From: Eledone cirrhosa
Lineage: Eukaryota
Reading direction: 5' to 3'
DNA: 64,000 bases
NCBI GenBank assembly: GCA_964016885.1
Contig: OZ024743.1
Span: 260,586,001 to 260,650,000 of the forward strand
Part shown: in pieces, positions 1 through 15,392 of the stretch
Numbering within the stretch: position 1 is the stretch's first letter
Layout of the letters: every line of letters starts with the position of its first letter
Notes under the pieces: generated by a model
Seen by the model: the letters and a program-made list of their open reading frames with translations, nothing else
Database searches by the model: none
Told to the model about the DNA's origin: nothing
Position numbers and translations under genes: made by a program

Positions 1-102
1 CAACTAGTAAATATTTATAACTGATATAAAAGCACTCGACAAATACTTGGAGTATATTTACAATATTAAATAAATGGAAAACTATATTTATAAAACCATA
101 TT

Positions 103-168
103 TATTTCATTATATATATTTCGGGGATATCATATTAACAATATGCTATGCCTTCATCAGACAAAATA
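103..168 (-). ncRNA. Type I hammerhead ribozyme (mirror copy)
   Basis: Reverse complement of 1273-1338. Confidence 0.75.
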
Positions 169-531
169 CAATATAAACAGTTTTATAGATAAATATATTC
201 GACATACCGTAATAAACATCAACTTCATTTGAAGAGGTTCACTCTAGCAGTGAAAATACAGAGAGAAAGAAAGAGAGAGAGAAAAGAGGGAAATAAGAAA
301 GAAAGAAAGACGAAACGAAGAAAAGGAAGAAAAAGAAGAAAAAGAAGAAATGCATGGGACAAAATAGAGAGATGGAAAAATAGATAAAGCGAAGAGCTTC
401 ATGTAAAGAGACCGAAAGAGATATATATATATATAGAGAGAGAGGAAATAGAGATAGATACATATATAAATATAGATATAGAAAAATTAGGTAGTGGGAG
501 GTCATTTTGAGTAAGTGTATCAATGATGCAT

Positions 532-566
<35 letters not shown>

Positions 567-874
567 GCTCAAGTATTAATGTAAGGGAGATATAGAGAGA
601 TATAGAGAGATATAGAGAGAGAAAAATTTAAAAATAGCCAGACATATTCGAGGCGTAGAAAACCCTATGTTTTAATGTATTAGTATTTATAAAACTTACA
701 CTATATTGTTTCATTCAGGAATACTGATATTTACAATATAGTGTAAGTTTTATAAATACTAATACATTAAACATAGGGTTTTCTACGCCTCGAATATGTC
801 TGGCTATTTTTAAATTTTTCTCTCTCTATATCTCTCTATATCTCTCTATATCTCCCTTACATTAATACTTGAGC

Positions 875-909
<35 letters not shown>

Positions 910-1272
910 ATGCATCATTGATACACTTACTCAAAATGACCTCCCACTACCTAATTTTTCTATATCTATATTTATATATGTATCTATCTCTATTTCCTCT
1001 CTCTATATATATATATATATCTCTTTCGGTCTCTTTACATGAAGCTCTTCGCTTTATCTATTTTTCCATCTCTCTATTTTGTCCCATGCATTTCTTCTTT
1101 TTCTTCTTTTTCTTCCTTTTCTTCGTTTCGTCTTTCTTTCTTTCTTATTTCCCTCTTTTCTCTCTCTCTTTCTTTCTCTCTGTATTTTCACTGCTAGAGT
1201 GAACCTCTTCAAATGAAGTTGATGTTTATTACGGTATGTCGAATATATTTATCTATAAAACTGTTTATATTG

Positions 1273-1338
1273 TATTTTGTCTGATGAAGGCATAGCATAT
1301 TGTTAATATGATATCCCCGAAATATATATAATGAAATA
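1273..1338 (+). ncRNA. Type I hammerhead ribozyme with minimal palindromic stem III
   Basis: TATTTTGT-CTGATGA-stem II (CATATT/AATATG hairpin)-GAAA-TATATA-TA-ATGAAATA. Stem I pairs with GU wobbles. Confidence 0.75.
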
Positions 1339-1371
1339 AATATGGTTTTATAAATATAGTTTTCCATTTAT

Positions 1372-2115
<744 letters not shown>

Positions 2116-2156
2116 ATAGAGAAATTAATGTGAGCAAGAAGGCAACATTATTTCAT

Positions 2157-2234
2157 GGGGTCGATAAAATAAAGTACCAGCAATGCACTGGATAATTGCT
2201 GGCCTTGTGCCTAACGTAGAAACAATTGTTTCAT
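2157..2234 (+). mobile_element. 5'-truncated SINE inserted in the cassette (TSD TTTCAT)
   Basis: GGGGTCGATAAAATAAAGTACCAG...GGCCTTGTGCCTAACGTAGAAACAATT. Absent from the second repeat copy near 2860. Confidence 0.85.
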
Positions 2235-2438
2235 AATATATAAGTGACTATAACGTCAAAATGGAAAATATTTAACGTAAGATATGGGAAAGTAATTCAA
2301 ACTCAATTTTCAAAAAAATTCAAGACCGAAATTTTATCCACAGATTTTGTGAAATCCAGGGAAAAAAACCAATCGAGTCTTAACTCAGACTAAAATAAAG
2401 ATTAAATACTCATTCTTCAATTTGGAAAAACTGCAAAT

Positions 2439-2519
2439 GCTCTATATAGTCTTAAAAAGACTATTTCACGAAAATTTTCAGTGCGATTAGTTACGGTTGG
2501 AGTCGTTCATCAGTAGAGC
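2439..2519 (-). ncRNA. Canonical type I hammerhead ribozyme
   Basis: Minus strand: GCTCTA-CTGATGA-ACGA...TCGT-GAAA-TAGTCTT ttt AAGACTA-TA-TAGAGC. All three stems are Watson-Crick. Confidence 0.9.
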
Positions 2520-2904
2520 TCAAATCACGATAACCAAAACTCACTGCTAAAATATGCCAGAAAGGGAATTTAAAAGCAGGCTAGTTCACCTCGTGCGGAA
2601 TTATGAAAATAAACACACATGGAGAACATGGCTGGTGACGTCAGAATGAGACGAATGTCTGTTTACAAGAAACAGCAGTCAAAACATTCCGAAAAAACTC
2701 AACAAAAATGTATGAAGTTCAGCATATAGCAATATTATCGCGGTTTTTTTAAATAAGACCGGGATTAGTCACAAATAATTTTACGCACTCTACGAAAAAT
2801 TCCGAGTATAAATATAAATGAAAATAGAGAAATTAATGTGAGCAAGAAGCCAGCAGTATTTCATAATATATAAGTGACTTTAACGTAAAAATGGAAAATA
2901 TTTA

Positions 2905-3770
<866 letters not shown>

Positions 3771-3939
3771 TGTGTGTGGGTGTGTTTGTGTACATATATG
3801 TCTGTGTGTGTATGTGCATATATGTATGTGTGTGTATATATATGAGTTTTTTATGTGTGTTTAAGCAATACTGCCAAATATAAATCTTTCCACGAAGTAT
3901 TTTCTGAATCATTTGAAACATGTATCACTATCAACAATG

Positions 3940-4052
3940 ACAGCAACAACAACAACAACAACGACGACGACAACAACGACGACGACAACAACGACGATGA
4001 CTACAACGACGATGACTACAATGATGATGGTGATGATAATAATGATGATAAT
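3940..4052. repeat. (CAA)n/(CGA)n/(GAT)n trinucleotide repeats
   Basis: Direct reading. Confidence 0.9.
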
Positions 4053-4635
4053 ATTTGAGTTTCTAATAATATGTCTTCTTTTATGCCTCGCCTCCACCAT
4101 ATTTGCTTTTATTTCTCTTCTTTAGTATTCCTTCATTTTTCATCCCTAACCATTCAATCTTCTTTCCCACCTCTTTCTCTCAAATGTCTTCTTTCACTTT
4201 TCTTCTTCTTGTCTTTCCTTTTACTCTCCGCAAGCAGAAAAATATTTCTTCGCGAGAATAACAAAAACAGAAAGTGTCAAATAATGGTAGGTCTCAACTA
4301 CAAGTAATAACACTAACCAAAGGGTATATGATGCTTTGGAAGAGCGACAGCATAAACCTTTCATTCTACTGCAATGAGGAAAACAAGATTAACTGATTCA
4401 GTTAACAAGAAACATATCATGTGAATGTTGTCTTTGGCAGCTGGCATCATGAAGAGAGCCAGCAGTAAGTAACATGGCCAGAATACTTTCAAAACTGACG
4501 AATCTTTCTAACAATACTCGTCGCAGTTGTTGGCAGAAAGATATTTCTATTAATATGCCAGTCGTCCAATGTAGACGATTGACGAGACCATCTCTCACAC
4601 ATGCGCTTCACTTCCTTTTCTCCATTTCGTTAAAG

Positions 4636-4971
<336 letters not shown>

Positions 4972-5789
4972 CGTGTGCATGTGTCTATAGATTTCTCTCC
5001 CTATTATTTTATTTGTATACATTATCCATCACATCACAATCTATTATTAATATTATTACACTACCATCAGCAATAGTAACAATGGCAGTTCCTTCATCTT
5101 CACCATCATGATCAGTGCATACCGCCACCCCACTACCGCCAACAACAACAACAATTGTAATACAATCATCAAACTGAATTCTTATAAGTCTATAATAGAC
5201 ATCGCTTACCTCCCCAACCAATCACAACAACAACTTCACTAAAGCCGCTGCTAAAATAAATGTCTGCATACAAACATGTTACAATATCATTCATGATTTG
5301 TGTTGCTAATATCTGAACAACTCAGAGATGAGATATGGAGTAATAAACGCTATTTATTTGTGTTGCCATTACCAGGACATGCTACGGACCCTTAACTACT
5401 GATAAAGCCATAGGAACGCCATCGTCATATGCAGTTAAACCTGGCAGAGCCCATCCCACCCAGTCCAGGCTGGAACAAAGCTTTTGTTTTACTTTCAGAG
5501 AGGGGGGGTTGAAAGGGGGGAATGAGATAGAGTGAAAGAGAGGAAGAGCCCAAGGAGGAAACATCGATCCAATACTAGACTGGATCTTTATTTATCGACT
5601 TCGAAAGAATAAAATGTGGAGTAAAGTATTCCTGCTGATGTTCTGACAACTCTGTCACTTTTCCACTCGTGTGGTCATATGGTCATATAACAATGATGCT
5701 AATGGATAGGATAGTACAACATCGGACTAGATTCATTGAAGAACCTAAATTTTTATATCTTTTATTTTAATTTCATATCCTACTCAAAT

Positions 5790-5976
5790 AATTGTTTCTA
5801 CATTTGGCACAAGGCCAGCAATTTGAAGGGAAGGGAAAAGTCAACTAAATAGACCCCAATGCGTTTCTGGTACTTTATTTTAAGGATGAAAGGCAAAGCT
5901 AACCTGAACTCAGAATGTAAAGGGCCGTAACTCTATGCCGCAACATAATGTCCGATGCTCTAACGATACTGCCAAT
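5790..5976 (-). mobile_element. Degenerate tRNA-derived SINE (family A)
   Basis: Matches the family A consensus (GGCACAAGGCCAGCAAT...AAGGATGAAAGGCAAAG...ATACTGCCAAT). Confidence 0.75.
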
Positions 5977-6075
5977 ACACTGTCCTGTTCAAATAATTCA
6001 AATACATATCGACGCTTTCTAGTTATTAGGGTGTGTGGGTTGGCTCTGGACACACAGGATTTCACATATAGGAAT

Positions 6076-6263
6076 AATTGTTTCTACTTTTGGCACAAGG
6101 CCAGCAATTACCCAGTGTATTACTGATACTTTATTTTATCGACTCCATAAGGATGAAAGGCAAAGTTAACCTCGGCGGGATTTGAACTCAGACCGTAAAG
6201 GGACGTAACTGTACTGCAAAGCATGGCGTCCGACCCTCTACCGATACTGCCAATCCACCGCCC
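6076..6263 (-). mobile_element. Full-length tRNA-derived SINE (family A, Meta-domain-like centre)
   Basis: Minus strand has A-box-like TGGCAGTATCGG, B-box GAGTTCAAATCC and GCCTTTCATCCTTA.GG.GTCGATAAAAT. Many copies in the window. Confidence 0.88.
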
Positions 6264-7274
6264 GTTTATCTCCCGACATTTCGGGTTCAACTCACTTTTA
6301 AATAGCAGAGGTAGGTATGAATTGGCTGAGTCGTTAGAGCGTAGGTCAAAATTCTTTGTGGCATTTTGTTTGGCTCTCTTTGCTCTGAGGTCAAATTTGT
6401 CTTTCATCTTTGTGGGGTTTAAAAAATAAAATACAGATTCAATTGACGCAAATGTTGGAACATCGACTAAGATGTCTTGTGGTATTTGTTCCGACGGAAA
6501 CATCTTTGGCAATAGATCTTTACTGTCAGTGTATACTTGGGTACAATCAACAACAACAATAGCAACAACAACAAAAACAACAACTGCAGCTAATATTTCT
6601 ATTATCATATAATCTTGTTATTTTTATCATTTTTAAGATGTAAGAAATCCTATATTTTAGTGAAGAAAATGGAAAGCATAGACCCATATTTTGTTACTAT
6701 ATTAAAAGGAAAGTAATCCACACGCATTCATGTGATAATTATCCGAGATATTGAAACTATTGCATCGAAACAAATTTAATAATTGCATATGATAAGTCTT
6801 TTAACTATGAAAATTAATCGTGTCGCCAGAGACCGACTTGTAATTAGATTCTCACCAAGTCCTCTAACCAATTTCTATGTGTGGCTAATTTGAATGGAAT
6901 GAAAATACTTCATAAAATGTCAAAATCTTTTCTATTTCCGTAAACAGGATCCCTAAGGACTACAACAAGGTCTCTGCTCCCTTAGCAATGGCGGTATTTT
7001 GGTGATGGGGATTTAATATAAAAGAGAAACATGAATAAGAATTGATTTTTATTATATTCCATTACAAATTGATAAAAGGCAGGCAAAGGGGAAAATCGAG
7101 GCAACCTCATCAGCACCTTGACAAACTATATGTAAAGACATACACTAACAAACAGTGTGTGTGGCTGTGTGTCACTCTGTGTGTGTATATATATGTGCAT
7201 GTGTGTTGGAACTCCATCGCTTTCGACGATGAGGGTTTCGGTTCTTAAAACAGCGTGGAATTACCAATTAATTG

Positions 7275-7545
7275 TGAAATTAACAATTACTGTTCAAACG
7301 GCTGAGCATTCACAGACACGTGCACCTTTAACGTACTTTTCATAAAGATTCAACGTATCACAGTGTGTGTGTGGGCGGGTGTGCATGTTTGTGACAAGTT
7401 TAGTCCTTTGAATTACAAGTACAACTCATTTTTTCGAGCTGAGTGGACCTGAAAAGGGGGAAGTGCTTTGCTGAAGAACACAACCTAGTATCAGCCTAGT
7501 ATCAAATTGACGACCTTTCGATCGTGAGCCACACGCCCTAAACAT
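7275..7545 (-). mobile_element. Degenerate SINE family B (CORE-like)
   Basis: Similar to 14205-14395 and 53563-53784. Confidence 0.55.
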
Positions 7546-7753
7546 GTAACGATACGTCCCGCACGAACAACTAAACTCTAACAGAAACACATGAAAGCTA
7601 TATAACACATACACAGATAGCCACACAAGAATATTGATGCACAGATTCATCACAGATCGAATCGAATTGTAGATATTCGTACTAAAAGAAGCAATACAAA
7701 CAAAATGGCAAACAAACACTAATGCTCACATAAGCAAATATGACTGGCGAGGG

Positions 7754-7813
<60 letters not shown>

Positions 7814-8016
7814 TTAAGGGTACTATTTATGGTTATGTATGCAATAAAACCTTTAATGGTAATATATTATATATACAAACCCTAAATAGTGAAAGATAGT
7901 CATTAATTACTATCCTATTACCAGTAAGATAAATAGCTCAATGTAATAACATCAGTTGTTTTACAGAGCAGTTATATAGAGATTACAATAATCAAAGTTC
8001 AGTTTAAGTCATTTAT

Positions 8017-8065
8017 TTGCTTACAATTGTTTCCTCCAAACCGAGGTTTGGATTCTTCGGAGCAA
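8017..8065 (-). ncRNA. Hammerhead variant (CCGAAGA core), mirror copy
   Basis: Reverse complement of 11041-11089. Confidence 0.7.
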
Positions 8066-8334
8066 CTATTTACTGATCTATAACATACTTGACCTCCTTT
8101 TCAACCCAAGAGACACATAAAACATATGCGCATATTGATCAACAGTGGGGTGACATTCATCAAATGATATAGCATGGCAATTTACATATAAAGGTTGCAG
8201 GATAAAAATAAAAACAAGAATGAAAATAAAGATAAACATGAAGCGTTGGCAGTCTATGAAGATAAAGCAAGAGGAAAGTTTAGAGTAGTCAGTGTATCTA
8301 CGTAGATACCAAGTCTAACCACCCTAAATCTATA

Positions 8335-9519
8335 TTGAACTCTATCTCTAAGGGAGTATCTAATAGAATCTCTAATCTATCCTATGACATAAACACATTT
8401 AACAATAACTCACAGTATTATAATCAGGCATTAGCTAGATCAGGCCATAATACAGGGATAGAGTTCCTACCTACAAAAACACATAGCTACAACATCATTT
8501 CACACAACATGTCCATGGGAAAATTTAATAATAGGAATAGCAACTGCACACACACTAATAGGGATTGTAACAACAAGAGTAACCCGCACCACAGAAATGA
8601 CCATAGGAACATTAAAGGAAACAAATCACCAGACATAAAAAACAGAAATAGAAGAAGAAATAATACATTTTTCAACCCGCCTTTCAATTTAAACGTCTCT
8701 ACCAACCTTCCTAGGGCTTTCTTCTCACTACTAGATAAACACTTCCCATCCGGCCACAGGTACCACGGCCTTTTAAACAAAAACACTATTAAGATCTCAT
8801 ACTCTACTACGCCTAACTTAGCATACCACATAGCTAGTACAAATAAAAGAAAAATTAATTCTTACTTCCAACAAACTAAATCACAACGGTCGATAAACCT
8901 TCAAAATAACATTCAAAATAACAGTCAAAGTAACATTATAACAAATAACCGTAATATCAATGGAAATAATAGTAATAGCACTAGTGTAAACATTAACGCT
9001 GCGTACCACAACCCACATAACCATAACCCTATAGTTAACATCCAAACTTCTACACAGCATAGTAACCGGCAGACTAGCACCCAGAGTAATTGTAACTGTA
9101 GATCAAGTAGAACCTGCCCTCTAGATAAAAAATGCTTAACCAAGGATATCATATACTCATGTACAGTCACAACTAACAGCTCTTCTGAAACCTACATAGG
9201 CTCCACTTCTAACTGCTTCAAAACTAGATACAATTCGCACCTCCACTCTTTCAAAAAACACAGTCTAGCCAACTCCACTTCACTATCTAGCTACATACAC
9301 TATCTAAAAACTAAAAATAAAATATATACACTTAAATGGGAAGTGGTAGGTAGTGCAACATCGTACAAACCACCTGATAAATTTTGTAACCTCTGTCTAC
9401 TAGAGACCCATACTATCATCTTCTCTAAACATAATCTCCTTAATAAAAAATCAGAAGTGTTCGCAACTTGCCAACACCGCTTCCGACACTCGTTCCAAAA
9501 CTTTAAACCCTATATATAA
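8335..9519 (+). CDS. Penelope-like RT C-terminus/linker plus GIY-YIG endonuclease (5'-truncated)
   Basis: FNPPF, LDKHFP, IKISYSTTPN, CNCRSSRTCPLDKKC, IIYSC...YIGSTSNCFKTRYNSH, CNLCLLE. Confidence 0.88.
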   Translation: MNSISKGVSNRISNLSYDINTFNNNSQYYNQALARSGHNTGIEFLPTKTHSYNIISHNMSMGKFNNRNSNCTHTNRDCNNKSNPHHRNDHRNIKGNKSPDIKNRNRRRNNTFFNPPFNLNVSTNLPRAFFSLLDKHFPSGHRYHGLLNKNTIKISYSTTPNLAYHIASTNKRKINSYFQQTKSQRSINLQNNIQNNSQSNIITNNRNINGNNSNSTSVNINAAYHNPHNHNPIVNIQTSTQHSNRQTSTQSNCNCRSSRTCPLDKKCLTKDIIYSCTVTTNSSSETYIGSTSNCFKTRYNSHLHSFKKHSLANSTSLSSYIHYLKTKNKIYTLKWEVVGSATSYKPPDKFCNLCLLETHTIIFSKHNLLNKKSEVFATCQHRFRHSFQNFKPYI

Positions 9520-11040
9520 TAATGTCAGACTGGAACCGGCACCACCACTAGCAATTAACATCAGTAGCACACCGTACACCTCACATCCACACCCATCTCT
9601 ATACTCTAAAGATAATACTGACAGCATTTTAGTACCACCTACCCTGGGAATACCCCCTTGTACCTCTAATTCTGATATCTCGACCGTGGACTACTTATTC
9701 TGCATTGCACAAATATAAGATTATTATAACCTGGGGACACGGTACTGGTTGCGATAACATAGTCCTGTGCTTGGATTCCCACCAAGAGATAGATTGATGA
9801 TTAGATAGATAATCGTATTGTTATGTGAATATATACTGTAAACGATCAGTTCAATGAATTATGCACGTAATCATCTTGATTTGAACTCCTTTAGTACCTA
9901 TTAATAGACTCCACTCTAGCTTTTAGATGTGATACTTAATTGATTTATATATGAGACGGGGATTGTCTATTGCTTGATGACCAGACTAGTGCCTTTATAT
10001 GAGAGATTGGATCTCCGGACCATACCGAAGATTTACTGGAGATTCAGACATGCAATGACCCGGAGCCTACCGGGTGGCATATATAATAGTGGGACCATAC
10101 CAGGTCCTACTGTTATATTACATTTGCATGGAACAGTGACTTGAGAGTCTGACTCCTCTTATAGAACGTTCAGATATGACACCCCTTAATGGATGGTAAT
10201 CATCCTAATATATACACCCTTGTACTTCTTAATAGACAACTCTCTAACCTATAAATGGGTAACATACTCTAGAAATTAGTTATAACTTCATATGATAGGC
10301 ACGTATTTGAATCACCATTAATGTAGTTTAGGATAGTAATTTAACTAAGATAACTAGCTAGTTACCTCCCCTTACGCATTAATTTCCCTTAGTCATTCAG
10401 ACACTTCTGGAATCTGGACAGCATGATCTATTAATTAAGAACCGACTGGATACGGTTTATAGCTTGATTATATGCTGAACCACCGCGAATTATACGATAG
10501 AGACGTGTTCTCTATATATATTGCGTCTCATGGATTATGTGAGTGGTGATGTGAGCGAAGACAGTGGTACGGCTTTGCTTACGATACAATAAGGTTTATA
10601 GTATGTTGAAAGTTTTTGATATTTTGGTGTTCCCCTGCATCCGAGACTGTATATCATACAGATGTATGAGAATAAATGACTTAATAATTCAACCCACATA
10701 ATAAGATCGATTGCCTGCTTCAACTGCCTGACCCTGCAAATATCATTCTGACGCTCTCTAATCATGTATAAATAAGACACGCGTGCATGCTACACGTGAG
10801 ATTGTTTCATACACTGACTACTCTAAACTTTCCTCTTGCTTTATCTTCATAGACTGCCAACGCTTCATGTTTATCTTTATTTTCATTCTTGTTTTTATTT
10901 TTGTCCTGTAACCTTTATATGTAAATTGCCATGCTATATCATTTGATGAATGTCACCCCACTGTTGATCAATATGCGCATATGTTTTATGTATCTCTTGG
11001 GTTGAAAAGGAGGTCAAGTATGTTATAGATCAGTAAATAG

Positions 11041-11089
11041 TTGCTCCGAAGAATCCAAACCTCGGTTTGGAGGAAACAATTGTAAGCAA
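11041..11089 (+). ncRNA. Minimal type I hammerhead, U4C variant
   Basis: TTGCT-CCGAAGA-aTCCAAACC tc GGTTTGGAg-GAAA-CAATTG-TA-AGCAA. Confidence 0.7.
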
Positions 11090-11123
11090 ATAAATGACTT
11101 AAACTGAACTTTGATTATTGTAA

Positions 11124-12242
<1,119 letters not shown>

Positions 12243-12516
12243 GAAAATTAGAAAATTAGAAAATGTTAGTAAGTTAACTGAGCCGCAGGTTTTATATCGG
12301 AGTTATCCCAGTTTCCTGAGTTGCCTTCTCCTAGAAGAATGCCCTGATAAAGGCTAGGGGTCATTCACTCCCAGTGGTTTAACCGCGCGGTGCATGTGTA
12401 TATACATATTTACACACTTTCGGATGACCGTTGACTCTTATGAGTTCTTCCGCCCTTTGTATATCTCTCTATATATATATACATACATACATATATATAT
12501 ATATAGATATATATAG

Positions 12517-12548
<32 letters not shown>

Positions 12549-12556
12549 ACACATAC

Positions 12557-12648
<92 letters not shown>

Positions 12649-12841
12649 TGTATATATATACTATGTTAAGGTATAGATATATATCAAATCTATGATGAAC
12701 AATAAAAGTGCTCAATGGACCTTAATTATTTTTACTATCTTAAAGTATGTTTAATTTTCCTACACATTATTTGCTTTATATGTGTACAAAATTTTATGTG
12801 TTTCTCAAACGATATTGACTTTTTTCTATCTCCATATATTA

Positions 12842-13952
12842 TCTCTACTAGCAGAAAAACAGGGGATGTATGTCTGTCTGTGTAAATCCGTAAAACTCGA
12901 GAAGTACCCGACCTATTCTTTTCAAACTTTACACATGTGTTACTTATATTTCTTGAAGTGCAATGGGCTAAAAAATGTTCACTTTTTTGCCCTAGAGACC
13001 GCATTTTTTAGGCATTTTTAGGCTTTTTTGAGACGTAACTTAAAGATAATGCAGCCGATTTCCTCGAAATTTGCAGCACGCATTAGTTAGTCCCCTCGCA
13101 TTGCTATGGACAAAAAGAAATTTCCGATTCCATTAATGGTTTCTAGGAAATTTATGAATTAGCATTGGACATTACATGCCATTTTCATTTTCAATATAAA
13201 CGCTACGTAAACATCGTAAGTAGCGTATAATATTTCGTTAAAAATTTGGTTTATTTAACAGAGGACACAATACTTATTTACTTTTAAGCAGGACCATTAT
13301 CGGGAGATTGAGGAAACGAGAAGGACCTTAAAATTTTTGTCGGCGCTCTGTTGACGCTTCGTGCTTTCATCACGCGCAAATCCGGGCCCTGTGTACGTTG
13401 CCGTGTTATTTACACCATAAAACTCACGTCTGTGCTACTTCTACTAAGACCCCCTTTTGTTGCACCTACACCGCAGCATGAACGCTCTGCGCACCTTTGT
13501 TGCTGTGTAAACGCAGTGCAACTAGTGCCGACCAGCGTTTGTGCTAATTGAACTATGACCCCTTCTGCTGCCGCTGCGTTGCCACGCTGATTTGGTCATC
13601 TCAATATCCCTACTTAAACGTACATCCCTACTTGGTTTTCACACAATTGACTACGTCGCTCCTTCAGACTAACGTGTTCCCCATCCGTGACGTATTTTGT
13701 GAACAGACTTACGACATACATCACCCCACAATACTTACTTACTCCTTTCGCATACAGAAATTCCGGAATAAGTCCACTGACACTGCTACTACTGGATTCG
13801 GCCTGCTGGTGTTCTACATTTCCAGTAGATGAACAAACATTCCCTGACAATAAGGGAATTCAAAAAGTACACAGCTACATTCCTCAATCTTTGCATATGC
13901 ATGTTGCTATTTCACGTTTCCTACCCCGTACAACGCCGGGTCCTGCTACTAG
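12842..13952 (+). mobile_element. Non-autonomous Helitron-like element
   Basis: A|TC 5' end followed by GATGTATGTCTGTCTGT. The 3' end is a CCCG...CGGG hairpin then CTAG|T. No TSD. Confidence 0.65.
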
Positions 13953-14204
13953 TATATATATATTTCCATCATCCACTTTTCTAAAAAGGTATATCATACA
14001 CAAAACGCCAGCATCAACTGTTTTCCAAGAGATGGCAACATGAATGGACCTGTTATTTTTCTCTAAAAACATTTTTTCCGATTCCGCCCCTCCCGTCCCG
14101 TCTTAGTTCTTTCTATCCTATTCCAAAGTTTACTCCTATACATGCAGCAAGTACCATTCAAATTATTTTTTATAATATTTAGGGTCAAATGGATGAATAT
14201 TATA

Positions 14205-14395
14205 CGGTCAGAAGATTATGAGTTCGATTCCCTGTGGTGTGTTGTGTCCTTAAGCAAGATACTTTATTTCACATTGTCCCAGTTCACTCAGCTGGCATAA
14301 AAGGACCAGCTTTGTCACATTCTGTGTCATTCTGAATCTTCCTGAGAACTATGTTAAGGGTACGCGTGTTTGTGGAATGCTCAGCCACTTGGACG
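14205..14395 (+). mobile_element. SINE family B (CORE-like)
   Basis: B-box GAGTTCGATTCC followed by GTGTCCTTAAGCAAGATACTTTATTTCAC. Confidence 0.7.
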
Positions 14396-15177
14396 GTCCT
14401 ATGTGCGAACAACTGGCACACTCGTCGGAACTGACGGATGTCCAAAAATACAAACTGGGCGATCTTGTGTTTATCCTAGATTTTTTCATCAATATGAACA
14501 AAGTTATTTAATTGAAGTATAAACATCACAACCTCACATGTCACCTAATTCTACATAACACAGGGTTCACATCTATTTAAAAAGCAATAGTTCAAAAATT
14601 AATATATGTAAATGCAAAGTTCAGTGGCATATTACATTGATATTACACAGCGAGACATGTTTCTAAATGTAATATATCTCATCTAAGACAGTTATCTCAC
14701 ATGTCTGTTAATGTATCAGGGCGAAACATATGCTGTAGCTATGACAGTTATCATGTTGGCATACATTCCACAGTGTAGGATTCGCAATATCAGTAACATT
14801 ATTCTACGCTCAGCTTTTAACAATGTATCTAAATGAATAACGACTGACTAAATTTATCTAAATGGTATTTATCTGTTTTGTCAACGCCAGAAATAACTTG
14901 GAGCTATGTTTTCAAGATATACGTTATGCAAACATTCCGGGGACATTATTTCGACACAACAATAGGTATTGAAGAAATAAGACCAGATTCTGGAAAATGG
15001 CTGGTGAGAATTTGTTGAAAAACATTACTTGTCAGTTTCAGAAGATAACCAATTGAAAGATGGGGAAAGACATTTGGAAATGATTTACTCAACTGAATAT
15101 GAGTACCAAGAAAATTATCGTTTAAATACGGTAATATTCCCATTTCCATGAAAAGGAGGAAGAACCATTTGTGTAGA

Positions 15178-15240
15178 AAGAAGAAGAAGAAGAAGAAGAA
15201 GAAGAAGAAGAAGAAGAAGAAGAAGAAGAAGAAGAAGAAG
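15178..15240. repeat. (GAA)n microsatellite
   Basis: Direct reading. Confidence 0.95.
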
Positions 15241-15255
15241 ATATATATATATTAG

Positions 15256-15288
<33 letters not shown>

Positions 15289-15331
15289 CAGTGATATCAA
15301 TAAATGGAAACTATATTTATAAAACCATATT

Positions 15332-15392
15332 TATTCTATTATATATATTTCAAGGGTACCAAAACTTTGGTACGCTCTCATCATATAAAATA
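15332..15392 (-). ncRNA. Hammerhead copy with a C3->A core mutation (probably inactive)
   Basis: Reverse complement of 18141-18201 but reads ATGATGA. Confidence 0.6.

Larger units (their letters stand above)
62..1379. repeat. Near-perfect ~1.3-kb palindrome (arms 62-709 / 733-1379, 23-nt spacer) made of a Penelope-like terminal repeat
   Basis: Arms are reverse complements (mirror 94-aa ORFs 239-523 and 918-1202). The outer ends resemble the Penelope-like termini at 15292-15425 and 18108-18300. Confidence 0.93.
7812..11124 (+). mobile_element. 5'-truncated Penelope-like element with an inverted terminal repeat (7981-8297 / 10809-11124), between (TA)n tracts
   Basis: GIY-YIG ORF, inverted arms and one HHR per arm. 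Confidence 0.9.

Noticed and set aside
239-1202. Twin 94-aa hydrophobic ORFs
   Set aside because: Mirror images from the palindrome, in low-complexity CT-rich sequence with no domain features.
6948-6993. Possible small host exon (ag|...IPKDYNKVSAPLAMA|gt)
   Set aside because: Splice-like borders, but too short and with no partner exon. It needs RNA-seq or homology support.
12270-12460. Possible further ribozyme fold
   Set aside because: A GAAA/stem III-like part exists on the minus strand, but no acceptable 5' core could be placed.
14915-15135. Two short open frames with splice-like borders
   Set aside because: The implied intron is only ~38 nt and there is no recognisable protein similarity.
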